The notes beneath the pieces are model-generated. The model had not been told where the DNA came from and did no database searches. It saw nothing but the letters and a program-made list of their open reading frames with translations. The position numbers and the translations under genes were made by a program. From the NCBI GenBank assembly GCA_039799905.1, contig JBDLRP010000048.1, forward strand, positions 1 through 64,000: a stretch of DNA of 64,000 bases, in the 5' to 3' direction. This document shows positions 39,936-49,978 of the stretch, piece after piece (within the stretch, counting starts at the first letter, position 1; each line of letters starts with the position of its first letter). This DNA comes from Pseudomonadota bacterium. GTDB lineage: Bacteria > Bdellovibrionota_B > Oligoflexia > Silvanigrellales > Silvanigrellaceae.

Positions 39936-42316
39936 GCGCACAGGAGTTTGCCGTTCAATTTGGAAAAGTTCGCGTCAACACGGCGATTGGTGGATCACTG
40001 AGAATACTCACAGCCAGCCAGCGCATCTCGGCCTTCGACTGTGTGCTGCCTTTCGAAATCGAAAATAAGGGACAAATCCTGCAGGCCATTTCGGCCTATT
40101 TTTTCACGCAGACTCGTGACATCGTCGCCAATCACTTTGTCGCCTGTCTGGATTCGCAAAGCATGCTTGTGCGTTCGGGACACGTTTTACCTCTTGAAGT
40201 CATCGTCCGAGCGACACTCTCGGGAAGTTTGTGGCGCGCCTACAGCAGCGGCGGAACAGCCGAAGTTGCGCACAGTTTTGGCATCGAACTGCCGGACGGA
40301 CTCAAACAACACGCACGTTTCGATGCTCCCGTTGTCACATTCACGACCAAGGCCGCGTTCGGCCACGATGAAACCGTGACGTTTGCTCAGGCCATTGACC
40401 ACGTCGACACATGGCTCAAGGGCAATTCAAATCTTCAACAGAGCACGACCATCAACGCAAAAGAATTGCTCGCGCAGGTCAAAGGCACGGCTGTCAGAGT
40501 CTTTGAGCGCGGTCAGGAGCTCAGTCATAAGGCGGGACTGCTGCTCCTTGATACCAAGTACGAGTTCGCGCTCGACGACAATCAACAGCTTATGCTGGTG
40601 GACGAGCTGCATACTCCCGATGCGTCCCGTTTCGTTGACCTGCAGCACTTCAATGAAGGCCGCATCGAACATCTTTCAAAAGAATGGCTGCGCGAAATCG
40701 TACAAAAAGAATTGACCGAATGGGAAAAGACAGCCGAAACACTCGAGCTGAACCAGCCATTCGTTCTGCGTTCATTCTGGGAACGTAACAATCTGCGCCG
40801 ACGTCTGGCGGAAGGTCTGGCCGGACAATATCAAAACCTTTTCTCACGCTTTTTTCCGCAGCTCACGCCATGGGATGTGATTGCGCCCCACCTGCAGCCA
40901 TGGCCGGTTGATCCTGTGACTGTGCGACAAGCCGAGTCGGCTCAGCGCCTGCCTGCAAAAATACTCGTTATCGGCAACGGCGGACGCGACTATACGATTG
41001 CCAGCTGCATCGAGAAGGCTGCGGAAGTGGACGTCGTCTATTGTTGGCCCGGACGCGACAGCTGGACCGGCGGCAAAAAGGCTTCGCTTGGCAAAATTTC
41101 TGAGGAACAGCTGATTGCCTTCTGCCAACAGCAGAACATCGGTTGGGCCGTGTTTGGTCCGGAGATTCCAATCGCACAAGGGCTCGCTGAAAAACTGCGC
41201 GCAAAAAACATTCCCTGCCTGGCGCCCGACCTTCAAGGTGCCATGCTCGAATCCTCAAAAATTCACACGAAGAATATTCTCCGGCAATCGGGTTGTCCGA
41301 CCGCGGAGTCGTGGACTTTGGGCTGGAGTGAACTATCTTCGCTCTCACAGAATCATGTCTCGCATCCGGTTCTCGATGAGTATCCCTATGTTCTGAAATA
41401 CGAGTCGCTGGCCGCAGGCAAAGGCGTCTGCCTTGTCAGAAATGCGCAGGAACGCAGCGAGGCGCTTGCCCACTTTGGTGAAAATCTGCCTGCGTGGACA
41501 CAGGAGCTTGCAACACTGGCGGTCGACACCTTCTCAAAGCGGCAGGGAGAACCGCAATTCCTCGTTGAAAAACTCATCCACGGCAAAGAGATTTCTGCGA
41601 TTGCCGTGTGCAACGGTGAAGAATTTTTGCTGCTGCCCTACGCACAGGATTTCAAACGCCGTGACGACGGCCAAACCGGTCCGAACACCGGTGGAATGGG
41701 GTCAGTGTGTCCGGTGCCGATCTCGGAAAAACTCGATGGGCAAATCGTCAGCGTCTTTAAGAAGACTCTCAAACAACTCGCGGACGATGGACATCCCTAT
41801 CGTGGATTTCTGTTTGCCGGCCTGATGGTCGACGACAATGACTGCGCTCAGGTGCTCGAATACAATTGCAGACTTGGCGATCCTGAAACTCAGGTCATAT
41901 TGCCGAGTCTTGGCCGCGATTTCTTGCTCAGCCTGTGGCTGACCTCACGAAATATGCCGTGGACGCGCAGCCTGAAGCAACTTGGCCGCTTCCGCCATGA
42001 CCGACTCAGCCGCTGTTTTGTTGTGATTGCATCGCCTGAATATCCAAACACAGCGGCGCCAAAACGTATATTGAAGCTTCCATCACAATGGCCGCTGGGA
42101 TGCGAATGGATTCCTTCCGGAGTCGATGCCGGCGCCGCGACTTCAGCGGGCAGAATCGGCGGCGTGTTGTGCTCGGCAGAGACGGAAAAGAGAGCTGTTG
42201 AAGGTGCATACGCGGGAGTCGCGCAGATCTGTTTCGAAGGTACTCCGGCATCCGCGCCGCATTACCGAACGGATGTTTGTTTTCCACGGCTGAACAAGGA
42301 GTCTCTGCCTCAATGA
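39932..42316 (+). CDS. purD: Fused SAICAR synthetase (PurC) and GAR synthetase (PurD)
   Basis: N-terminal GKVR, RISAFD, LEVIVR, DTKYEF, DELHTPDASRF; C-terminal LVIGNGGR, LAAGKGV, GPNTGGMG, EYNCRLGDPETQ. Confidence 0.9.
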   Translation: MSAQEFAVQFGKVRVNTAIGGSLRILTASQRISAFDCVLPFEIENKGQILQAISAYFFTQTRDIVANHFVACLDSQSMLVRSGHVLPLEVIVRATLSGSLWRAYSSGGTAEVAHSFGIELPDGLKQHARFDAPVVTFTTKAAFGHDETVTFAQAIDHVDTWLKGNSNLQQSTTINAKELLAQVKGTAVRVFERGQELSHKAGLLLLDTKYEFALDDNQQLMLVDELHTPDASRFVDLQHFNEGRIEHLSKEWLREIVQKELTEWEKTAETLELNQPFVLRSFWERNNLRRRLAEGLAGQYQNLFSRFFPQLTPWDVIAPHLQPWPVDPVTVRQAESAQRLPAKILVIGNGGRDYTIASCIEKAAEVDVVYCWPGRDSWTGGKKASLGKISEEQLIAFCQQQNIGWAVFGPEIPIAQGLAEKLRAKNIPCLAPDLQGAMLESSKIHTKNILRQSGCPTAESWTLGWSELSSLSQNHVSHPVLDEYPYVLKYESLAAGKGVCLVRNAQERSEALAHFGENLPAWTQELATLAVDTFSKRQGEPQFLVEKLIHGKEISAIAVCNGEEFLLLPYAQDFKRRDDGQTGPNTGGMGSVCPVPISEKLDGQIVSVFKKTLKQLADDGHPYRGFLFAGLMVDDNDCAQVLEYNCRLGDPETQVILPSLGRDFLLSLWLTSRNMPWTRSLKQLGRFRHDRLSRCFVVIASPEYPNTAAPKRILKLPSQWPLGCEWIPSGVDAGAATSAGRIGGVLCSAETEKRAVEGAYAGVAQICFEGTPASAPHYRTDVCFPRLNKESLPQ

Positions 42317-42888
42317 TCGTCGCGTTGTGCAGCGGACAAGGCAGGACCTTTGAAGCGGTTGCACGCATTTTGGGTGCGCAGCTGAGCGACATGATCTGTG
42401 ACGTCCCCGCTGCGGCGGTTGTAGGACGTGCCCAATCGCTGGGTGTGCGGACGCATTGCGTCGCACGCTCTGAGTTCCCCGATCGCGGCGCACATGAAAG
42501 TGCTGTGCTGGAGGCTCTCGAGAACTGCACACCGTTTTCGATTGTCGCCCTGCTCGGCTATATGCGCATTCTCTCACCCAATTTTCTTGTGGCCATCAAG
42601 AAAAATTGGCCGCACAGCACCATCATCAATCTGCATCCGGCACCGATGTCGCTCTACAAGGGAAGCAAGGGTCTGCAACACGCTCTCGACAGACGCTTTC
42701 CGCACTGGGGACTCAGTGTGCATAAAGTAACAGATGAACTGGATGCTGGACCTTTGCTCGCATTTCGCAATCTAGAGATTTTCCCGACAGACACTTTTGA
42801 AATTTTGCGCGAACGCGCCCATCCGCTCGAAGTTTCGGCGGTTCTGGAAGCCATCGATATCCTGACACGGAGGAGTCTGCAGCCATGA
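42313..42888 (+). CDS. purN: Phosphoribosylglycinamide formyltransferase
   Basis: SGQGRT, LLGYMRIL, INLHP, VHKVTDELDAGP. Confidence 0.92.
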   Translation: MIVALCSGQGRTFEAVARILGAQLSDMICDVPAAAVVGRAQSLGVRTHCVARSEFPDRGAHESAVLEALENCTPFSIVALLGYMRILSPNFLVAIKKNWPHSTIINLHPAPMSLYKGSKGLQHALDRRFPHWGLSVHKVTDELDAGPLLAFRNLEIFPTDTFEILRERAHPLEVSAVLEAIDILTRRSLQP

Positions 42889-43868
42889 CACAACAGCAAA
42901 AACCTTCACAACCGCTGGCACCCGCATACACGCGCGCAGGTGTTGATATTGCTGCGGGCGAGGACCTCGTTGAAAAAATCCGTGCCGGCAATCCGGCCAT
43001 CGGTGGCTTTGCGGGGCTCTACCCGCTCGATGAAGAGAGATTTCTGGTTGGCTGCACGGACGGAGTGGGAACCAAAATCGAGCTGAGCCTGCAAATGGAC
43101 AGACTTGAGGATTTGGGGCAGGACCTCGTTGCCATGAGTGTCAACGACCTCGTCGTCTGCGGCGCACGCCCACTTTTTTTCTTGGATTATTTTGCATGCG
43201 GCAAGCTGGATGTTCAGCAGGCACACCGCGTCATCAGCGGCATTCAAAAGGCATGTCTTGCAAGCGGCTGTGTTCTTCTGGGCGGTGAAACGGCAGAGAT
43301 GCCCGGCTTTTATCAGCCACCGAAATTCGACATCGCCGGATTCGCTGTTGGTGAGGTGCACAGGTCGGCACTGGTCGACGGACGAACCGTGAATGTCGGT
43401 GACTTGTTGATTGGACTGCCCAGTACCGGCTTTCATGCCAACGGATTTTCTCTGGTGCGCAAGATTGTGCAGGAGCAAAAACTACAACTCAACGAGAAAT
43501 ATGACATCCTGCAGGGCCAGTCGCTCGGCGAGGCGCTCACACACCCGACAGCGCTGTATCCGAAGGCGGTGCAGAAGATTCTCACCCGCGCGCCGATTAA
43601 AGCCATGGCACACATCACCGGCGGCGGACTGCGCAACATTCAGCGGGTCCTTCCTGAAGGACTGACCCACAGCGTCGACCGCAGCGCAATTCCCTGCCCG
43701 CCTGCTATCAGATTCATTTCGCAACAAGGTCAGATTTCCGAGGACGAGGCATTCACGGTCTGGAATATGGGACTAGGTTTTGTGTTCGTAGTTCCACCCC
43801 ATGCCGCGCAACTTGTTCTGAACGTGCTGGAGGGCTCTTTCGTGTGCGGAGAAATCGTCCGCAGCTGA
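42885..43868 (+). CDS. purM: AIR synthetase
   Basis: YTRAGVDI, TDGVGTK, AMSVND, GGETAEMPG, HITGGG, NMGLG. Confidence 0.97.
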   Translation: MTQQQKPSQPLAPAYTRAGVDIAAGEDLVEKIRAGNPAIGGFAGLYPLDEERFLVGCTDGVGTKIELSLQMDRLEDLGQDLVAMSVNDLVVCGARPLFFLDYFACGKLDVQQAHRVISGIQKACLASGCVLLGGETAEMPGFYQPPKFDIAGFAVGEVHRSALVDGRTVNVGDLLIGLPSTGFHANGFSLVRKIVQEQKLQLNEKYDILQGQSLGEALTHPTALYPKAVQKILTRAPIKAMAHITGGGLRNIQRVLPEGLTHSVDRSAIPCPPAIRFISQQGQISEDEAFTVWNMGLGFVFVVPPHAAQLVLNVLEGSFVCGEIVRS

Positions 43869-43881
43869 GCAAAGCTGCGAA

Positions 43882-44412
43882 TCAATCACTGCTGACCGGA
43901 ACCAGCAAAACGTTGTGTTTGCTTGCATACTGAGACACAAGACAGCGGCAATCGGAGAATGTTTTTCCCGTCACACCCGCGAAAAAATTGCCCTGCCCTG
44001 CGACTGCTGTCCAGCCAGCCTTGTCGTTATCAGTCGACAATTTTTGTGCGATATCCTCATCTCCTGCAACAAAACCACATTTGAGTGGCGTTGCCTCCGG
44101 CGCACTGATGTCGCTGCTCTGTAGTTTCTGAATCGATTCCGTCGGCATGGATGCCAGCGTAAGGAGTGCCTTGGAACTGATTTCGGCAGACACGAACGGA
44201 TCCAGTTCGGGCACCAGCTGATTAGCAGCGTTTTGATCTCCGCCGTTCTGTTTGTTCGGGTCGTTCTGTACAGCGAGGCGGTCTATCTTTGCTCCGGGCA
44301 AAACAATCGGCGCCTGCTGTGCACAACCAACAGCACTCCAAGCGACAAGCCATACGCCCATCAAAAGCACTCTGTGTTCTTTTCTCAGAATCTTATTGTC
44401 TGGCGCCAACAT
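43882..44412 (-). CDS. Hypothetical lipoprotein
   Basis: GGAGG RBS; hydrophobic stretch with AVGC lipobox; overlaps the end of the upstream subtilase. Confidence 0.6.
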   Translation of the reverse strand: MLAPDNKILRKEHRVLLMGVWLVAWSAVGCAQQAPIVLPGAKIDRLAVQNDPNKQNGGDQNAANQLVPELDPFVSAEISSKALLTLASMPTESIQKLQSSDISAPEATPLKCGFVAGDEDIAQKLSTDNDKAGWTAVAGQGNFFAGVTGKTFSDCRCLVSQYASKHNVLLVPVSSD

Positions 44413-46669
44413 TGCACGCCTCCGTCTGAACTGAAGTGGATTGATCAGCAAAATCACAACGGCCGGCGTTACGATTTGCACCCGCCAAGAGCTTGCGGCA
44501 GACGTTGTTGCAGATGTTCTTGTTTGCAGTCGGGAACACTGCCAAAGTCTTGTTGTCGGCCAGCACACGGCAGAACGACTTCGACTGTCCTGCCAGAAAA
44601 AGTCCATTGGCGGTGCTAAGATTCATTACCCTCACTCCAGCCACAGGAATTGCCGAGCCGCCAGCTGATGAGGACACTGACAACGGCAGCGCCGCACCAT
44701 CTGCCGGAGCCTGCATCGTGGATGGAATTTCTCCAACACAGGTTCCGTCTCCTGCAGAGCAGGTTCCAACCTCAGTCGTTCCAAGCAAAAGTTTCGCATT
44801 CTTCAGCGAATCTTCAGGGACACCCTCGAGCGAAACCAGCAATGGAGCACCAACACCAGCGCTCGCTTCATTTACTTTCGATTGTGCCGGGGCGTTGCTT
44901 ACCTTCACAGACAATCCACCAAGGGAAGCGACTGCGCGCTCCAGATTGATCCGTCGGCCGCTGATTATCTTATTTTGAAAAGTCGGCTCCTGATCAGCAC
45001 TGCCAAAGACGATATCGCGTATCTCGGTTGCGCTCCGGTTGGGCGCCAAACTCCATACCAACGCGAAAACCCCCGCTGCATTGGGCGATGCCATGCTGGT
45101 TCCATCAAGATATTCATATCCTCTGTCCGGCATTGCAGTGATCGCGGCGCGGAACTTTTCAGTGACATTGAGATTCGGCGGAACCTGCCGCAACCCCAAC
45201 GATCTGGGCACCAGCTGCCTTGGCCATGTCGACATAATTCTCTCGCCCGGAGCAGACAGATGAACATATTGGCTGCTGAAGTTTGAGAACTCCGATATCT
45301 CGTTATTTGCGTTGTGAGATGCAATTGTGACTAACGCAGGGTGCCGCAACGATGCCGGAAACTTTGTCACGGCAACAATGTCTTCTGTATCGTTTCCCGC
45401 TGCCACGACGACCAGACCTCCAGCATTAGCAATCCGCGACACTGCGGCGTAGCCGGGTGAGTTAGGACCGATCGCATTTGCGCTCGTGTTTCCTCCCAAC
45501 GACATGTTGACGACTTTGGCCTTGATGTCGGCGGCATAGTTCATGGCTGCCAGCGTCACTGCATTTTCGGCACCCTCTCCACATTTGCCAAAAACCCGCA
45601 GTGCTACGATTTCAGCTTTCCAGCAGACGCCCGCTATACCGACACCATTGTTGCCGACAGCGCCGATGGTTCCTGAAACGTGAGTACCGTGGCCATCCGC
45701 ATCTTCGAATTGGTTGGGCGGTGGAGTCGCAGTGGCGTTTGAACCGGCCGGCAACTGACCGGTATCGCAGTTTTTAGCAAGATCGATTCCTGAAACAAAA
45801 TTACGCGACAGTTGCTTGTTGACGTTTGCGGAAAGATCCGGATGTTCGGCATCAATACCGGAGTCAATCACAGCAACGCGAATTGCACTACAATCCCGCT
45901 TGGTATCCCAAGCCAACGCTGCCTTCATGCTCGCAGCAACATTGACACGCGGAAGAACAGTGTTTCTGCCGAAGATCGCACTCGAATCGGGATCTCCTGC
46001 CGCGTAGAGCGTCGGGAGAAGAGGGTCATTCGAAAACTTACCGCGTCTAACGACAGTATTGTGCTCAACCAAGGAAACCGCCGGTGAGTCTTTAATTTTT
46101 TCCATCGTCTGTTCAAACTCACGGGCGTCTGCGGGAGCGATGGTCACCCGCCACATGACTGGAGTTCCCAGAGAAGAAACCGCCGTGACGCCAGCCGCTT
46201 TCAACTGACTCAGCAAACCCGACTCCGCCTGTGGTTGATGCGTGACAACAACAAGACTGTCGGCAAACCACTCGATGCCGGACGTTTCGTTGGGCGCATC
46301 GGTTTGTCGTTGAAAAACGACGGGTCGACCCGAACGGTTCACGTACCAGCGAAAATCCGATCCGCCTTCCGTATAGCCCTTACCAGCAACCAACGTGTAA
46401 CCGTTTTTTTGTTCCCAAGCGACAATATCAATGGACGGCTTTTGCTCCTTGTTGCGAGCTTGATCTGCAGCCCTAAGTCTTGAGGTGGTTATCATGGCAT
46501 CGTCCGCACCCCTGGGCTGGACCGTCGCAGAGATCTTTGGTGAATGAGCATCTGCAGTATCCACTTCGGCGGACATGCGCACTTCCCGACGGCTGCCTGC
46601 GTACCAGACTCCCACAATGGCAACAGCCGTCAGGCTGTAGACGACGACTCTTGGTGAAGTTTTCTTCAT
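44393..46669 (-). CDS. S8 subtilisin-like serine protease, membrane-anchored or exported
   Basis: VAVIDSG, HGTHVSG, AAGN, GTSMASP triad; Cys-rich C-terminus. Confidence 0.93.
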   Translation of the reverse strand: MKKTSPRVVVYSLTAVAIVGVWYAGSRREVRMSAEVDTADAHSPKISATVQPRGADDAMITTSRLRAADQARNKEQKPSIDIVAWEQKNGYTLVAGKGYTEGGSDFRWYVNRSGRPVVFQRQTDAPNETSGIEWFADSLVVVTHQPQAESGLLSQLKAAGVTAVSSLGTPVMWRVTIAPADAREFEQTMEKIKDSPAVSLVEHNTVVRRGKFSNDPLLPTLYAAGDPDSSAIFGRNTVLPRVNVAASMKAALAWDTKRDCSAIRVAVIDSGIDAEHPDLSANVNKQLSRNFVSGIDLAKNCDTGQLPAGSNATATPPPNQFEDADGHGTHVSGTIGAVGNNGVGIAGVCWKAEIVALRVFGKCGEGAENAVTLAAMNYAADIKAKVVNMSLGGNTSANAIGPNSPGYAAVSRIANAGGLVVVAAGNDTEDIVAVTKFPASLRHPALVTIASHNANNEISEFSNFSSQYVHLSAPGERIMSTWPRQLVPRSLGLRQVPPNLNVTEKFRAAITAMPDRGYEYLDGTSMASPNAAGVFALVWSLAPNRSATEIRDIVFGSADQEPTFQNKIISGRRINLERAVASLGGLSVKVSNAPAQSKVNEASAGVGAPLLVSLEGVPEDSLKNAKLLLGTTEVGTCSAGDGTCVGEIPSTMQAPADGAALPLSVSSSAGGSAIPVAGVRVMNLSTANGLFLAGQSKSFCRVLADNKTLAVFPTANKNICNNVCRKLLAGANRNAGRCDFADQSTSVQTEACNVGARQ

Positions 46670-46701
46670 AGGCGCTTCCAATTTTTTAGATCAGCTTCTT
46701 A

Positions 46702-46728
46702 TTATCGGCAATCTCAAAAAACCTCTTA
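46702..46728 (-). promoter_or_regulatory. sigma28 (FliA)-type promoter
   Basis: TAAG-N15-GCCGATAA, 33 nt upstream of the subtilase ATG. Confidence 0.75.
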
Positions 46729-46890
46729 AAGAAATTAAAAAAAACTGACTTTACGCTTATCTACAAACAGATCTGTAGGGCACCCACCGACTGACGCGAA
46801 CAACAATCGGCTCACACTTCAGACAGGGAAAAAATTGCCGCCGAGGTGTTCGTCATTTGTCCGAAAAACCTGAAAGGGAGACGTAAACAG

Positions 46891-48651
46891 GTGAGAAGAG
46901 TGCCAAGAACAATGTTGATTGGGTTGTTCTTTGTGGCTGGCGTTCTGGGCGCTTGCCTGCGCAAGCCGTTGATTGCAGGCAAATCGCCGCAACTTAACAG
47001 CCCCGTGATCTCGGCAACACCCGCAGCAGACACCCCTGAATCTCCGGCCGGACTCGCACAGTACCTTCCCCTCACCGAACGGAATGCTTTAGGAGCCAGA
47101 TTTCAGGACAGTTCGCTCGCGGATTTATACCTCAGCCTTGCCGTTTGTGATTGTCTACCAAAGCTGCAGGTAAAATTGATCACTTCGTTGAATGCCGATC
47201 GGGGAGCCCTGCCGCAAGCACTGATGCCGGCCGTACGACGCGAAATCCTCGGTAATTCAAAATTGAAGATTCTCGAAATTGTGCCGCGCCCGCTGGATGA
47301 TTTTGTCGGCGGTATTTTTGCAGATGAACAAACGGTTGCCAAAGAGATAAACACAGGACTCGTTGACAAAATCAAACTCGCCGAAGCACGCTGGGCAGCT
47401 GCGGAGAATTTGCCCCTACTTCAGCTCGACGGCTTTCCGCCGTTGCCGGGAACACGTGTTTCATCTTCGGGACGTTCAGTGAGGATGATCGACGTCTGGA
47501 CTCGTTGGAGCCTTATTCTCTCGCAGGGTGGTCCTTGGAGCAGTGAGCGGAGTGTTTCGAATGACTCCGGACTGCTCTGGCATGAATTGTTGCGCTCACT
47601 CGCAGAAGGTGAATATCTGTTCGGTTTGGGCGGCAGCGACGGTAAATCTTGGGGTGGCCTGACAATACCTGTCGATCTGCAAATCAACAATCCCGGACCA
47701 TTTGATCCGCGCACATCCTACAGTCAGGTGCGCTTCCTCAGCGGACAACTCGACCTGACTCTTTCGAGTAACAACTCACTCAGTCTTGCCCGCTTCGGCG
47801 GTGACCGCTGGAGTTGGCGTGAAAGCAACGTCCCTCTTGCAGAACAGGCGACACAGTGGTGGGTCGCAGCGCGCGCACTAAACAGGCTGCGCCCGCTCAA
47901 CCGAGGTGAGTTCACGACACTGTTTCCGACCCTCATTCCGGACGATTCATATCAACTTTCGCTGCTGGTGCTGCCGTCGCTCGATGCACTGCTGTCAGGA
48001 CGCTTTATTGATGAGGTTTCACGACTGATTCGTGCCTACATCAGTGGTGCGCAAGTGGGGGGAGTCGCTCCCTCAGTGCGCGAGCGGGCGGATGCACAGA
48101 CACAGAGTTTGCTCCTCATGGCAATGAGCGCTTGGATAAAAGAACTCAGCACAACATCGGACCTGAGTGTTTCTTCAGAAACTGCGACACAGCTGCGCAA
48201 TGCACCTCGGTCTTTGCTGCGAGGAGCGCAACTTATTGTTCAAAATTTGCTTGGGCAGACTCTTGCGCCGCGGCCGATCACAAATGAACAGATCAGTGAT
48301 GCCTTATTCAGTGTCTACGCGAATTCCGCTGACACCAGCCAAGGTGAACTTTCCGTCCGCGACCACGCACAGGTTCTGCATGCACTGGTCAGTGCCGAGA
48401 AGAATTTGATGCCCAGCCCCTATCTGCGTGCGCGTGTGCTTCAACTCGCCGCCGGTTTGGCTCAACGGTGGCAGGAAGCGCGTTCATTTGACCCGAGCAA
48501 AGATCCCCTCGCGCCACTGTTGTGGCTCAAGGCGGCTGGCGAACTTTTGGTCGTTACCTATCCTGATGCACCCATCAGTGCATCATTCAGGGGTATTAGC
48601 TCAGAAATCGATGTATTGCTGCGCTCCTTCGAGGAGGCCGCACTGCGATGA
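46891..48651 (+). CDS. Hypothetical lipoprotein (start uncertain, 46846-46912)
   Basis: Long ORF; hydrophobic signal with LGAC lipobox. Confidence 0.7.
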   Translation: MRRVPRTMLIGLFFVAGVLGACLRKPLIAGKSPQLNSPVISATPAADTPESPAGLAQYLPLTERNALGARFQDSSLADLYLSLAVCDCLPKLQVKLITSLNADRGALPQALMPAVRREILGNSKLKILEIVPRPLDDFVGGIFADEQTVAKEINTGLVDKIKLAEARWAAAENLPLLQLDGFPPLPGTRVSSSGRSVRMIDVWTRWSLILSQGGPWSSERSVSNDSGLLWHELLRSLAEGEYLFGLGGSDGKSWGGLTIPVDLQINNPGPFDPRTSYSQVRFLSGQLDLTLSSNNSLSLARFGGDRWSWRESNVPLAEQATQWWVAARALNRLRPLNRGEFTTLFPTLIPDDSYQLSLLVLPSLDALLSGRFIDEVSRLIRAYISGAQVGGVAPSVRERADAQTQSLLLMAMSAWIKELSTTSDLSVSSETATQLRNAPRSLLRGAQLIVQNLLGQTLAPRPITNEQISDALFSVYANSADTSQGELSVRDHAQVLHALVSAEKNLMPSPYLRARVLQLAAGLAQRWQEARSFDPSKDPLAPLLWLKAAGELLVVTYPDAPISASFRGISSEIDVLLRSFEEAALR

Positions 48652-49967
48652 AAAGAACCGAACGACATAAATTTCAACTGCGGCTGCGCAAAATATCTTT
48701 TACTTTGACTTGCCTGTTTTCCATTTCGCAAAAGGCACTGGCGCAATATGCGGGTGTGGTACCAGAAGGTGTACTGGCGGTGATTGGTGCACACCGCACC
48801 TATCAGGATCAAACCAACACATGGAATGCAAATGGCATACGCACTCCTCTGAAAAGCAAAGCACGGCTCAACTTCGATGGACAGCATCTGCTGCAGGGTG
48901 AGGGCGGAGCACGACTGCAGTCGCTTGCCGAGGAATTGCGCCGCTACGAGCCGCAGCAAGACAATCCGAACAGTCTTGTACGGCGGCTCAATCTGGGGAC
49001 ACTGAACGTCGGCGGCAGTGGCAAATTGAATATACAGTACTTTGGCTTTGCACTTGGCTTGCCTGCGCGGCAGGCTGTGTATGTCGCAGCACCGATTGTC
49101 GACCTGCAGGTCAGAACAAATTTCACTCTGACCGGTTCCAATAATGCTGCCGCCATTAAAGATGAGCTGGGTGCACTCGCATACGAGGAACTGCGCAGCG
49201 GACTTGAACAGGCGGCTCTGCTCACCGAGCGCGACATCAAGGCAAGCATTGAAGCCGCGGAATATACTGGTGTCGACAGCTGGCGCTACCGCAACTTTGC
49301 CGACATCGTTCTCGGCTATGCGACCGACCTTGTCGAAGCAGATGAAACAACCACAGACGAACCTGATTTTTCTTTACAGGGTGAAATTTTCTCAACCGCA
49401 CCAACCGGCCACGTTGACAATCCCGATGTACTTTCGGACGTGTCCATCGGCAGTGGAACGTGGGGATTCGGACTCGGACTTGCCCCCAGAATTGCACTCG
49501 GTCCGTACACACTCGGCCTCGAGGCCAACGCGACAGGATATCTTCCGTCACGTCAAAAAATGCGTGTTCCGATTTCGGATGAAACGATCATTCCCGCCAA
49601 CCGTAGAACGACCGTCAACGTCAAGACGGGTCTTAGCTGGGAAGTGACAGCCCTCGCTGAGGCCAAATTCGACTGGTTTCAACCGCAATACAGATTCATC
49701 TTCAAGCGCCACGAACGCGATCATCTCAGCGGCCAACTGACAGGCAATTATGAGCAACTGATGAAGAGCAGCGAGCGGACGCAGTGGGAGCATGCAGTCT
49801 GGGTTTATTTTTCGACGATAGAAGCCTTCAAAAGAAACGAATTTCCGATTCCAATACGTATTAAGGTTGCTGCCAACCAGATTTTTAAGGGCTACAACTC
49901 TTTTGATGAATCATTTATTGAGTTGCAGTTGACCAGTTTTTTACCGACACCATGGATGCCTGAATAG
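48648..49967 (+). CDS. Exported protein, probable outer-membrane beta-barrel
   Basis: Signal peptide ending ALA; alternating amphipathic beta patterns; APTG..D..IGSG.WG motif. Confidence 0.6.
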   Translation: MKRTERHKFQLRLRKISFTLTCLFSISQKALAQYAGVVPEGVLAVIGAHRTYQDQTNTWNANGIRTPLKSKARLNFDGQHLLQGEGGARLQSLAEELRRYEPQQDNPNSLVRRLNLGTLNVGGSGKLNIQYFGFALGLPARQAVYVAAPIVDLQVRTNFTLTGSNNAAAIKDELGALAYEELRSGLEQAALLTERDIKASIEAAEYTGVDSWRYRNFADIVLGYATDLVEADETTTDEPDFSLQGEIFSTAPTGHVDNPDVLSDVSIGSGTWGFGLGLAPRIALGPYTLGLEANATGYLPSRQKMRVPISDETIIPANRRTTVNVKTGLSWEVTALAEAKFDWFQPQYRFIFKRHERDHLSGQLTGNYEQLMKSSERTQWEHAVWVYFSTIEAFKRNEFPIPIRIKVAANQIFKGYNSFDESFIELQLTSFLPTPWMPE

Positions 49968-49978
49968 GAAACGAACCA

